A DNA stretch of 64,000 nucleotides from Paraspadella gotoi (lineage: Eukaryota; Animalia; Chaetognatha): assembly GCA_051294375.1 (NCBI GenBank), contig CM119264.1, positions 6,399,624 to 6,463,623 on the forward strand, written 5' to 3'. Numbering within the stretch: position 1 is the stretch's first letter; every line of letters begins with the position of its first letter. Under the pieces are notes generated by a model. It had not been told where the DNA came from. It was given only the letters and a program-made list of their open reading frames with translations, and did not search any database. Positions 26,228 through 37,859 of this stretch are shown here, piece after piece. Made by a program: the position numbers and the translations under genes.

Positions 26228-26248
26228 NNNNNNNNNNCCGACGCTCAC

Positions 26249-26362
26249 CTGAATTCCATCAATGATAAGATGGAAAGGATAAAGTTCCATGTTTGGTTTC
26301 AAAAGGTTTTTGGCGAAGAGAAAGGATGTGCGGAGTTTGTGCGGAGCGAGAACACGAAGCGT
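26249..26362 (-). CDS. IgSF gene exon (Ig strands D-F)
   Basis: cgcag|acgct ... tcag|gtgagc; TLRVLAPHKLRTSFLFAKNLLKPNMELYPFHLIIDGIQ; 114 nt, phase 0-0. Confidence 0.7.
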
Positions 26363-26729
26363 CTGCGATGTGGAAAACACGTTGATTGTTGGATAAAAAT
26401 ATTATGAATGGGATATATATATTTAATTTAATTTAATTTAATTTAATTTAAAGCCGAAAAAGAATTGTTTTTCATGTCATGGCCTGCGACATTGTGAAAT
26501 TTGATACAAAAGGACTAATCCCAAACACTAATCTTTAATCCCTAAACAACATCCCTAAAATAATTCCTTTCCCCTAAACTAATTTTTAACCTTAAAAACT
26601 AACTTCAATTCCGAATTTAAGCTGAAATAGTGCGCTTTTAGAAAATATAGCAGTATTTTCTTTGTTCTTCATCTGTCCAATTTATCTTCGCCCCCTCCGA
26701 CGACCCTTCTTCCCTTCAAAAAAATAAAC

Positions 26730-26888
26730 CTGTTGATGTTGATGCTGAAAGTCGGACGTGTTGATGGCGGAGAGAGCGAAGGCGTCGGAGTAATCCCAGA
26801 GGATCTTGGGGTAAGGGATGAGCGGATGACCGAAGATGTCGCAGAAGACGCGGAGGAAAGCGTTGCGCATGTCGTACTCCTGCGTGTC
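26730..26888 (-). CDS. IgSF gene exon (Ig strands A-C)
   Basis: cgcag|gacac ... acag|gtttat; DTQEYDMRNAFLRVFCDIFGHPLIPYPKILWDYSDAFALSAINTSDFQHQHQQ (B-strand Cys, C-strand Trp). Confidence 0.8.
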
Positions 26889-27761
26889 CTGCGCGGGTCG
26901 GGGGAGAGAGGGAAGGCTACTGCGTGAAATGATATCAAGACAAAGACAAAGACAATGTCATAGACAAAGACAAAGGTGATTTGGGTGTGAACCCATTTCG
27001 CATCCGTTTATGTTCTATCCCTGATTTGAGCAATCGATGAGCAGTGTATTTAAAAAAGCAATATATATATAAATAGATATAGATTAAATAGTAAAACCTT
27101 AATAAAATTTAAAAATAGAAAATAGTGAAACAATTAATTTTGCTAAAGCATGATAAATCATTTAGTAGTTTTTCGTTCACTAAACAATATTTCATTGTTA
27201 TTTTAATTTTTTAAAAACTGATAGACAGTTATGTAGCAATATGAAAATACTACTGTGAAAATTCTACATCATTTATATCATCTATTAATGCAAAGTGAAA
27301 ATAGAAATAGAAAATAGAAACCCAGGTGAAATCGCTAACTCGATACTCGCTTGGGGTCGCCACCGCTTCCAAGTTTCGTATCAAACCCAAACCAATTCCT
27401 CTTATTTTTCTTGCGGCGCGAGATTGTTTTCCCAATAAAACGGGCGTTTCGCTCCATAAACTAAAATCGGTTGGTGCGATAAAGCAGGTGATTTGCCAAA
27501 TAAAACAGGGGCACTCGTCCGAATGAAAAAAAAAAGAGTTGGTTTACCGATAAAATGGGCGCTGTTGGTTCGATAAAAAAAAAATGACTGAGGGTGGAAA
27601 ATGAGACTGCAGTTTTGTTTATGAGAATTTAGGGCAATAAAATAAAAAAAGGGCAGTTAAAATCTCAGTAGTTTTGCATAATAAAACTGAGGAAGAGTGT
27701 TGAACGGGAGATTTGCTTGATTTGTTAAAGAAGTAATTATTAAATAAAACTGAAAAGAGAA

Positions 27762-27876
27762 CCATATCACCTTATGTTTAATAAACATAGTTTATGGCCT
27801 TAGGAATAGACCCAAAAAAAAGCCATACCACCTTATGTTTAATAAACATTGTTTTTGGCCTTAGGAATAGACCAAA
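27762..27876. repeat. Two tandem copies of a ~60-bp unit
   Basis: ccata.caccttatgtttaataaacat.gttt.tggccttaggaatagacc occurs twice. Confidence 0.9.
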
Positions 27877-28089
27877 GAAAACCTAATAAATCCATATTGT
27901 CTTAACTAACTTAAATAAAAATCTCTTGTGACAAAATGGTAGATGGTAATGTGAAAGATGATAAAACTAGACTAAACATGTTAAAATGAAACAAATGGTT
28001 TAATGATGAATAAAGAATCACAGAGAAATGAGAAAAAAGTATTCTGAATAAGGATTCGTTAATGTGATGTAAATAATAAATGTATTTAC

Positions 28090-28163
28090 CTGACAATCGA
28101 CGTAAGGACCGTAGTTGAAATCGACGGTGATGTTGTGAGAGACGAAACCGGTTTTGCTGCGAA
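28090..28163 (-). CDS. IgSF gene exon (Ig strand G and linker)
   Basis: cacgcag|ttcgc ... tcag|gtaaat; (V)RSKTGFVSHNITVDFNYGPYVDCQ. Confidence 0.8.
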
Positions 28164-28194
28164 CTGCGTGAAAACAAGGATGGGATGAGTTTTA

Positions 28195-28298
<104 letters not shown>

Positions 28299-29634
28299 TT
28301 CTTAAAAGTCAAACAGAGAGGGAACCATCCCTTCTAATCTTCAGCTGTCACCCTCAAAAAAATAAAAATAAAAGGTGAATTTTTTTTCCAGTGAGTAAAA
28401 TAGTCTCACATTTTTTTTAGCTCAGGAATAGATAGTTTTTAAATTTTTAACATCCATTAAATATTCAAATTACAATATCGTAATTACAATTTGATTACAA
28501 TATGATTTTCTCTTTCTCGGCCCATCAAACGCAGCTTCATAAAAAAAACAGAAAGAAAAGGAAAAAAAAAAGAGAAATTAAGAATTCCTTTGAATTCAAA
28601 CCTCGATATATAATATTTTTCATCATTCTTCTTTTTCTCGTCTTTTGTTTTTACCATCTAATGCGTTTAAAGTACCAAAGGTTTTACCACCCCCTCCTCC
28701 TCCCCTTTTGGAATTCGGAATAAACTTTCTCTTTTCGCTCTCTGGAAGAACCCCCGGGGAGTGCGGCAACGGGGGGGGGGGGGAGCGGGAAGAGCGTGGG
28801 GGTTGAGTGGGCGTGCAAGAGGAAACGGCTGTTAGGGGGGCGGGACGGAGAAAAATAGGGATCGTGAAAGCGGGCGGTACGAAATATAGACGCGAGTAAT
28901 AATGTATTTCGTATGCGACAACGAAGCCGGTGACTGAGTACGTGGGCGATGGCGGGAATGTTATTGCTGCGNNNNNNNNNNNNNNNNNNNNNNNNNTTGT
29001 GCCAGGTACTACGGTATGAAGCCAATTACCTAAACGGAACCCGCGGCGGGGGGGGGAAGGGGGTAGTGGTGGCGGGGGGGGGGTAAAGGGGGAGTCGCGT
29101 TGGATGAGCCTGTCGAACGGTATCGAGTATAAAGGCGGGAGATATCGGAGGGAGAGACAGAGACCGCGCAGTCTCGTCAAAAAAAAAAAAAAAATGCCCG
29201 AGCTTACCATCCTCTAGGGAATTGGAGGGAGAAGAAGAGAAGGGGAGAAAAGATATGACTTTTTTTTTTTAGATGCGAGGCGAAGTTTAAAGTATCGGGA
29301 GAAGAGGAAGAGAACTTTTTTTGAACCGAGTACCGCACAATACGGGGACAATCAGTTGATTGTCTTCTTTCTCTGTCTCATGGCCAACGAAAATAAATAT
29401 AACAAAAAAACTAAGTCACAGATCGGCAAAAAAGTGAAGATTGTTTATTGAGAGCGTCATCAGTTAGTCGTGGGTCGATATATGAAGGTAAGGTTAATGG
29501 TAAGTTTATCTTGAATCTTGATCTTGTTCGCGTCCAATATACCGCGAATAACCGATGAACTTACCCCAAACTAGTTGCCGGAATCCGGTAAGGTGGTAAG
29601 GTTTGAACTGAGCTACTCACCCAGCTAACTTTAC

Positions 29635-29798
29635 CAGCAGCAGGACGAGGAAGCGTGGGGCGGTGAGCGTGGAGAGATACTTGCGAGTCGAGTTTGAGCG
29701 AAGCTTTCAACCCGAAGATCATTTCTTCGACGCCTGAGGGAATCGGTTGTTAGTTGACGACGTAAGCGGATCCGTTGTGGTACAACCACGTCACGTTC
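29635..29798 (-). pseudogene. Second, indel-containing copy of the IgSF exon at 30486-30646
   Basis: Same sequence and splice sites inside the tandem duplication, but with frameshifting indels. Confidence 0.6.
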
Positions 29799-30485
29799 CT
29801 GCGGGAGGAACAAAGCCGATCGGGAAATTAAGAGCGCAAACTTTTTCTCTTCCAAAAGCCGATCGAGAACGACAAGATTGTCACCGTTTGCACTTGCAGC
29901 TCGGTATACAAGTTTTTCTTTCCGTTGCTACGCGACGAAACGAAGAAAAGAAACCTCTGGCCCAAATTCCTAAAAGAAAAAAAAACAAAACTTTCAAACT
30001 GCGATATTGCACCGAAGGGGATTTCTCTGCTCTTACACTCTATTCACCGAAAGGAGGGTGACGGCGGTTGACGACGACGACAATGACGAACGACTAACAA
30101 TATCTCTCTCTCACTTTTTTTTTAGATGCGAGGCGAAGTTTAAAGATCGGGGAGAAGAGGAGAGAACTTTTTTTGAACCGAGTACGCAATACGGGGTCAA
30201 TCAGTTGGATTGTCTCTTTCTCTGTCTCATGGCAACGAATAAATAATAACAAAAAAACTAAGTCACAGATCGGCAAAAAAGGTGAAGATTGTTTATGAGA
30301 GGTCATCAGTAGTCGTGGGTCGATATATGAAGGTAAGGTTAATGCTAAGTTTATCTTGAATCTTGTTGCGCGTCCAGCACGTATTAGATCCACCGGAATA
30401 ACCGATGAACTTACCCCAAACTAGTTTGCCGGAATCGGTAAGGTGGTAAAGGTTTGAACTGAGCTAACTCACCCAGCTAACTTAC

Positions 30486-30646
30486 CCAGCAGGACGAGGA
30501 AGCGTTGGGGGGTGAGCGTGGAGAGATACTGCGAGTCGAGTTTGAGCGAAGCTTTCAACCCGAAGATCATTTTCTTCGACGCCTGAGGGAATCGGTTGTA
30601 GTTGACGACGTAAGCGGATCCGTTGTGGTACAACCACGTCACGTTC
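30486..30646 (-). CDS. IgSF gene exon (Ig strands C-F), intact copy
   Basis: cgcag|gaacg ... ctgg|gtaagt; NVTWLYHNGSAYVVNYNRFPQASKKMIFGLKASLKLDSQYLSTLTPQRFLVLL; open and phase-compatible with exon 28163-28090. Confidence 0.75.
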
Positions 30647-31704
30647 CTGCGGAGAACAAAGCCGATCGGGAAATAAGAGGCAAACTTTATTCTCTTCCAA
30701 AAGCCGATCGAGAACGACTAAGATTGTCACGTTTGCAACTTTGCAGCTCGGTATACAAGTTTTTCTTCCGTTGCTACGCGACGAAACGAGAAAAGAAACC
30801 TCTGGCGCCAAATTCCTAAAAAGAAAAAAAACAAACTTTCAACTGCGATATGCACCGAAGGGATTTCTCTGCTCTTACACTCTAATTCACCGAAAGGAGG
30901 CTGACGGCGGTGACGACGACGACAATGACGACGATAACAATGAGGGCAACGATGACATTGAGAAGAGATCAACAGCAATGAAAACCACAACCACAACTAC
31001 GACGTTGATAGCGAGAAAGAAAGAGGATGACGTCGATAAAAAGATGACAAATTGTCGAGAACAGCGACGACATCTCAGCAAATAAAGACACCATTGAAGA
31101 AAGCAACGACGACGACAACGACGACAACGACGACGACGGCGGCTGGGTTTTTCCCCGAATCAGGAAATATTTCATTTCCGACCGAGCGACGCCGCGGCTT
31201 CCAGCGCCGAATGACGGAGAGGCTTAAAAACAAAAGACGCGGGGATTTGGAGGAGGAAAAAAAAGAGCATCAGAAACAAAAGCCTTTGGTTCCGTTAACC
31301 TTGTAAACGAACGTTGGAGTACAAGGGGAAAAGATCCCTCGCGACAATTTAGAGAGAGNNNNNNNNNNNNNNNNNNNNNNNNNNNNNNNNNNNNNNNNNN
31401 NNNNNNNNNNNNNNNNNNNNNNNNNNNNNNNNNNNNNNNNNNNNNNNNNNNNNNNNNNNNNNNNNNNNNNNNNNNNNNNNNNNNGAGAGAGAGAGAGAGA
31501 GAGAGAGAGCGGCAATTTAGAGCAAGAAAGGAGAGAGAGAGAAAGAGATACAGAGATAGAGAAAAAGACAGAGCGGTAGCTGAGAAAAAAGAGAGATAGT
31601 TATTTTTTATTATAAACACAATATCGAATGAGACTTCTGCAAAGGAAAAGTCTGCAACTCTAAACATGTTAATACAACANNNNNNNNNNNNNNNNNNNNN
31701 NNNN

Positions 31705-32557
31705 TCCCGCCATTCACGCAAGCTGCTCTGCTGTCAGTTGTCGGTTCCAACCTCTCGACTCCCGCGCATGTTCGACCAAACCAGGAATTCGGTCGTGTCG
31801 TCCAGCATACTGCTTCGCGCGGAAGAGTCGCCACGAAACGCTTCCCCCTCCTTCTCCGTGTAGAGAGTTTGGGAGAAGGACCGACAGGCTCGCGCTTCTC
31901 TAGGAGGCGGTCTCTCATGGCGGGGCGGGTATCGTAGTTCTCTTGCGCCGAGTTCCCCGTTCTGCTCCGCCCTTGGCGCGGCGAGTCATAATTTGTTAAG
32001 GCGGGTGTTGGAGAATATGTTTGCCTGCCCGGCTCCCTCTCATCGGGACGTTAGAGTCGCGTCCGGCTTGCTTGGAGGCGCGAACGGTCGTCTTGTGCAG
32101 TGTAGTCGGCATCCGAAAGTGTTGACAGTCGGGCGCCGCGGTTTCCGTCGACGCATCCGCCATTCGTCGGTTTCAAAACCTTTCGCACAGCGGTCTCCCG
32201 TTCCTCGTCGCCGACGCAGTGGGCGTCGTCATCCGGCAGGCAATCGCGCGGGAGGAATTTATCGCCGTCATCCCCGACGTCAACTCCTTGGTCCGGAGCC
32301 ATTGGAGGGCAATGGTCGTAGTGATCAGAGGATTATTTGATCAACTCCCTTCTCGTCGTATCTTCATCCAACATCGGTCGGCCTCCGCCTTAGTACACTG
32401 AAAGTTGTACTTTAATCCATCTTTTATCGGTGTGACCGCATGATGCTTCCGAAACTCTACACTTCCGGCACCATCCTCCCGCCAGCGGCGTCTACGCTTC
32501 GGCACCTCGCCTGAACCACGTGGTTTTTTTCTCGCATAACATCCGGCGTTGCGCCAT
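31705..32557 (-). mobile_element. Decayed MULE/Mutator-like transposase N-terminal fragment, cut by a gap
   Basis: Frameshifted GC-rich coding remnant with YNFQCTKAEADRCWMKI...HYDH (WRKY/FLYWCH-like C..C..H.H finger) and EFLVWSN near the gap, where the DGTF motif would be expected; catalytic domain not visible. Confidence 0.35.
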
Positions 32558-33014
32558 GCCCCAGATTCGGTCTTATTTGTCGCGAGAAGACATCGATCCT
32601 GACGTTAGTCTTTAGTTCTATTTATTGTCAGTTCACTTTCGTTGTCTTTTTGTTTATCGAATTTTCTCAACACCGTGTCCAAAATATCTGTTTCGGCCTT
32701 TGATTTCCCGATTCCTGTTTAAATAGTTATAATACGTTTATTCGGCTGATTTTCATTTCGTTTCGGGTATACTTCCCTCCGCCCAAAGGAAGGAAATCGC
32801 CGTATAAACTTATTTATGTTTTCGATCGCCAAAAATATTAATCGATACACTCGTGCCATTATTTAAAATTTCAAATTATACTTCGTCAGAGGTACATAGC
32901 ATGCAAATAAGAAAATTTCTAGCAGAAAACAGGAATCGAGGAAATTTTATCGACTAATCAACGCGAAATTAATAGTATCGCGAAAGTAATAAATACATTA
33001 GATACATCGAAATC

Positions 33015-34316
33015 TCACGTTATTTCGTCTCCGTAATTAGAACAGATCTGTGGAGGTGGCGGAATCTTGTTCCTGCCATCGGAGCTGTTTAGGAGTGCCA
33101 TGTTGCTGTTTTCTTTGGCTGCACCATCGTAAACAGGGACCAACAGGCATCTGCGGATCAGCCAGCCGAAGACACTAGTCCCACAAATCTGGGCGGAACG
33201 ACCGTCCACTCCTCCAGCAATGTTCGGGATTTTACCTCTGTTCCGTATTCGATTCTTAACGGTAGACCAGCCGGGTTGTCGACGACGGGGCTTTTCTCTC
33301 TCGGAGGTCCTGGCGATGCAGCCTGCCCCGTTATCTGTCGGGCCTGCGCTCCTATGCGTCCCTTCATACGGATTCATTGGCGCTGTATTCCCAGTGCCAA
33401 GCATCCCCTTCGCCCGAGTCAAACAAACCTCGTTTTTTCTACAAAAAAAATGGGCGTGTTTGTATTTGAAAATTTCGAGGATGCCGGGGTCCATAAGTCT
33501 AAAGCGTAACCATAGGCGGGATCTCAAACGGGATACGGTGCCTCAAAGAAAGACTCGTGTTATCCCATTCCTCATTCTCCAAACCGGGGCAGCTCGCCTT
33601 TAGCATAATGGCCATTCGAACCCTTCAAATAAACCATAGTGGGACGTCGTCTTGATCAAGCGGCGGCATCAATCGCCATTTGAGCGGAACCGCGGTGGAT
33701 ATTAACCCTCCTCACGAGGTTCGTACCACACCTTCTGTAGGAGCCGGCATCACATCGACTTCCCGGTCCCCAACCGGCTCCGATCGGTCCGGTCACCGCA
33801 CCTTTTCAGAGCGGTTCTTCCCTCCCGAATCAGGAGTCCGGAACGGGGTCGGAGGGCCTTCGGCCACTCTCTCCTCTCCGAGCTCTCGGACAGATCGAGA
33901 GTGTCTGTCCCCTTATAGAACCAAGCGGCATTCCATTTCGCGCCCATGCATTTCTTCCCCGCCGGAAAAAAAGACGCATTTAAACCAGCGGGTGTCCCAG
34001 CGCGGTTCCCGGCCTTCACCAGGTAGGTCCATTCGAACCCGTCATCGTGGGGGCAGGCGTCACCGCCCATCATCTCTATTCCAAAAGGAACACTTTCCAC
34101 AATTCTCACGTTATCTCTCCTTGTTTCCTAACCTCAAGCCATATCCGTTTGGGTCCATTCATATTTGCCAGTCCAGGTCTCCTCCTCATCGAATAAAACC
34201 CGCGGGAACACCAGACCATTCCGCTCCCCCAACGCGCCCAATGCGCTCTCATCCTCCGACGCCGAGGAATCATCCCCGGGACAGTTCCCAACCTGCTTCG
34301 TTCCAACGGACTCCAT
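33015..34316 (-). pseudogene. Frameshifted intronless coding remnant of unknown family, possibly a transposon accessory gene
   Basis: GC-rich 1.3-kb island in AT-rich flanks; overlapping minus-strand ORFs start MESVGTKQVGNCPGDDSSASEDE and include a CGKC..CPH segment; same orientation as the neighbouring transposase-like remnant. Confidence 0.35.
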
Positions 34317-36323
34317 CTCCTCGACCCATTGTCGTTATTCATTTCACTTTATTAACTTCGTAAATAGTCGCAAAATTCGCACATCGGACGCACGCAAACG
34401 TTATATAATCGACTTTCGAGAAAAAAAAAATCCGATAAACGTTTAGGCGAAAGTAGTCCGAAGCGGTTGTGGAGAGAAAAATGGAAATCGTCCAACCCGA
34501 ACAGCTGTCCAAAAAATATCGTGATTGATGTATTCGGCCCAGGATTATGTTTTGGTTATTCGCAAAAATCCCCAAACACCCCGAAACGCCAACAACCACG
34601 ATAATTTCATTCTAATGTCAGGAGGCTAAACAGAAACAAAAAATATTACAAACGTTTTAAGAAAAATTTACATCAATTCATAGCATATCGTACATTGGGG
34701 AAAGAAAAAAAAACTATATTTCCCACTTATCAAACTCGGACAAAAACAAATATCGTACGCACATATACTTCGAGGCTTATCCGTTTAAGGCGAAACAACG
34801 TGGCCACCATGTTGTAACGTGGTCTGTGGCCTCAAAAGATGACGGATAGAGAGTCTGAAACATGCATAGCTTGTCTAATTAGTTTTTGAGTTTACCTGAA
34901 ATATTGTATGCCAAGTTGTAAATTTGTAATTTAACCATGATAAATATTACGTCTTTAATCCTTAAATCTAAAAATGGAATGCCATTCCTGCCTCCTTCCC
35001 GTCTCTCTTCCTTTGTTATCTATTCACTAAATTGTTTACCAAAATAGGAGCCTGAGCCTGAGAATTACAGGATATTAAACTTTTGAGACCAAGAATAATT
35101 TAGAGAGACAAAATTTGAAAACTAAAGTTTAGATTACTAAATGGAGGCTAGTTAAGAATTTACTAACAAGTTGTTATTAGTCTTGTTTATTATGTTTTTA
35201 TGTTCATGTTTATTTGAAATTGGTGTACAACCAATATAAAAATTATATATTATTATTTATTTGTTTCGACTAGTTGTTATTCGTCTGCGTTTATTATGTT
35301 TATTATGTTTTTGTATTATGTTTCGGACTAATTTGATATTCGTCTTCGTTTATTATTTAAGATAAATAGATAAAATACTGAAGTATATTATCAATATGTC
35401 TATAATTTAATGACATATTAATTTAGAAACATAATCCTGCATTCTAATCGAAAATAAGAGTTATGGATTACCTAATGGACACGGGTGGGTTCGAAGAGAC
35501 AATGCAGCTGATCTTCAATTCCGTGTCGTTTTGATTGAAGGAGAAGTAGGAGGGACAACTGGAAGGAAAAAAAATCATCATCATCATCATCTTCTTCATT
35601 ATCTTCATCATCATCATCTTGTTTGTCTGTCTAGGTCTGTATACCTCTTAAAAAACCCACAACAAGAAAGTTACAAATGAACCAGATACAGCGAGTACGA
35701 GTACCAGTACGCAGATACAAGTAGAAAAATAGAGGAGAGGAGAGAGAGAGAGAGAGAGAGAGAATCAAGAAACTGGTTTTCGGTGTCTTTTGATTTTTTT
35801 TCATTGCATTCTCGAAGTTTCTGAAATTCGAAATATTGCCACACTTTTAACTTCCTCTTTTTATATTTTTTAGCTTTAAAAAATACAAATAAAACTGTTT
35901 CAAAACTTTTTAAAGTATTTTATATTCAGAGTTGATTTAATTCATTTTAGATAATATAACTTAATTGATCGATAATTTGGCTAAAAGTAAAATATAAAAA
36001 TCGTTCTCTGGGAATGTCAAAACCAGCCGGTTATTTTTAAAAATTTCAACTCATCTTGAAATGTCTAAAACCCGTTACAACCGTCAAATTTTCAATTTGT
36101 AATGCTGATTGTGCATTTTTTCCATTTTTAATTACTTTCTAGAAGTTTTGAGAATTCGACAAAATTGAATTTTGAGGCTCATATCTTCACTTCGCCTCCG
36201 AAAGCTTTTTCAAGCTCTCAGCTCAACTTATCAGATTTCGACTTTATTTTTAATTATTCAATTCAAGATTACTTTGGATGAAAATATAAAATACAAAATT
36301 AAAAAAATAAAAAACAAACAAAA

Positions 36324-37859
36324 ATGTCAGAAAAAAGTGAAATCCTTTTTGAAGAATTCGCCGCGGCCTTGGAGCCGACGGAGCGGTGGATCGAAGACGC
36401 GGAAGGTGTGCTGAAGCTCATCCTCGGTCAGCTTCGCGGGACGTCGCGGTTTCGCGTGTCGCGCTGCGAACTCGTCGGCGGACTCTCCAAGCGCACCTCG
36501 ACTCGATTGAAGGCCGACGTCGATGCCGTCGTTTACTACGAGGACGACGATCAAGATCTCTCGCGTCACGAAGTCGTCATGGAAATGCTGGACATCCTCA
36601 GGTCGTCCACCGATTTGGAAGTTCCCGACTTTAGATCGACTTCCTTTCTACTTCATTTTACTTACGACGGAATCCCCTTGGATCTCGTCCCCGTTCGAGA
36701 CAACAAAGAAAGCGGGTATCAGCCGTTGGAACAGCACAGATTCCCCAGGTCCACCTCCATGATGCAACAGTGGACCAACGATGTCGGGGAGGTCACAGCT
36801 TCGTCCGATCCGATGGAAGCTTCCAAGGATCTAACTCTCTCTTGGCCGAGCAGAGAATGGATGAAAAAGCAGCCGTCTGTCGTCCCAAAATTGGCGAGAT
36901 TGGCCAAATTCTGGTCGCAGACAGTTCTCTTCGATCAGGTTGTCAACGGGAAAGCCTACATCTTCGAACTGCTCGCCGTCAAATCTTATTGGGACATGGA
37001 GAGCACGATCGAGTTTTCCTTCGTCAGATGTTTTCGTCAATTTCTCTTTCGCGTCAAAGGGCTAGACCATTTAAGAGTCGCCTTCGGAGATAAAGAGAAA
37101 TGTTTATACAAAGAAACTGACATTTTGAGAGAAATCCGATATCAGCGTCCCTTGCTGATGGACCCCGTCAATCCGTTCAGCAATTTACTTGACATCAAAA
37201 ATGAAAACGTCAAGAAGAATTTCTTTGAAAAATTCAGTGTCGCAGCGAACTTGACTCTCCAACGACTCACGAGACTCGGCGGGGCACGTGATTATGTTCC
37301 GATCTCGATTCTGAGCGACATATTCGAGCCTCCCTTTAAATTAAACAACTCTTCCTTGAATCTCGAGAACATTTTCGTGAGACCCATCCCGTGGCGAACA
37401 AAATACCCGCGGATGCGAATCGAGAAGTTGAAAGGCTCGCGTTTCGATCGACAAAAGAAAAAACTGATGTTGGAATCGCTGATGCTTAACGTAAGCTCTG
37501 TCGTGTTCACAAACGTCTGGAAAAATCTGCAGGAAGTTAACGACGACAACGACGATGGACCATCTAGTTGGCTAGAAAGAATCCGCAGCGGCAGCAGCAG
37601 CGGCAGCAGCGGCGACAGCCACAACGACGCCTCGGACGCCATCTTGGAAAAGGCCGTCGAATCTGCGGCGGATTTTCTCGGTGGGACGGCGTCGGAGGGG
37701 GTGTCGTCTTTATCTAAGAGCAAAGGGTCATTCTTGATTCCCGTGGGAAGAAATCGAAGCATCAGAATTGACTTCAATCACGCGTCTCAACGCCCGAAGC
37801 GACTGACGGGACATTCGTCTCGATATTCTCGCGCTAATAAAAGAAGGAGGCGTCACTGA
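36324..37859 (+). CDS. 2'-5' oligoadenylate synthetase-like nucleotidyltransferase (OAS family, Pol-beta/cGAS superfamily), intronless, with C-terminal extension
   Basis: 511-aa ORF with hG[GS]..K.T....DhD motif (VGGLSKRTSTRLKADVD; D65, D67), third Asp in GIPLDLVP (D120), KLARLAKFW (cf. OAS LIRLVKHW), AYIFELL (cf. QYALELL) and RPLLMDPVNPFSN (cf. RPVILDPADPTGN). Confidence 0.9.
   Translation: MSEKSEILFEEFAAALEPTERWIEDAEGVLKLILGQLRGTSRFRVSRCELVGGLSKRTSTRLKADVDAVVYYEDDDQDLSRHEVVMEMLDILRSSTDLEVPDFRSTSFLLHFTYDGIPLDLVPVRDNKESGYQPLEQHRFPRSTSMMQQWTNDVGEVTASSDPMEASKDLTLSWPSREWMKKQPSVVPKLARLAKFWSQTVLFDQVVNGKAYIFELLAVKSYWDMESTIEFSFVRCFRQFLFRVKGLDHLRVAFGDKEKCLYKETDILREIRYQRPLLMDPVNPFSNLLDIKNENVKKNFFEKFSVAANLTLQRLTRLGGARDYVPISILSDIFEPPFKLNNSSLNLENIFVRPIPWRTKYPRMRIEKLKGSRFDRQKKKLMLESLMLNVSSVVFTNVWKNLQEVNDDNDDGPSSWLERIRSGSSSGSSGDSHNDASDAILEKAVESAADFLGGTASEGVSSLSKSKGSFLIPVGRNRSIRIDFNHASQRPKRLTGHSSRYSRANKRRRRH

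Larger units (their letters stand above)
29260..30930. repeat. Tandem duplication of ~830 bp (29260-30089 and 30115-30930) containing one Ig exon
   Basis: Both copies begin ttttagatgcgaggcgaagtttaaag and end gacgacgacaatgacga; differences are mostly single-base indels. Confidence 0.95.

Noticed and set aside
35262-35352. Two short gac...gtc-GAAA stem motifs on the minus strand upstream of the OAS-like gene
   Set aside because: The CUGANGA box is absent, so they cannot be called hammerheads.
36324-37859. Bacterial CBASS/CD-NTase operon interpretation of the nucleotidyltransferase
   Set aside because: No adjacent effector or Cap genes, flanks are eukaryotic microsatellite-rich DNA, and the C-lobe motifs fit the OAS family.
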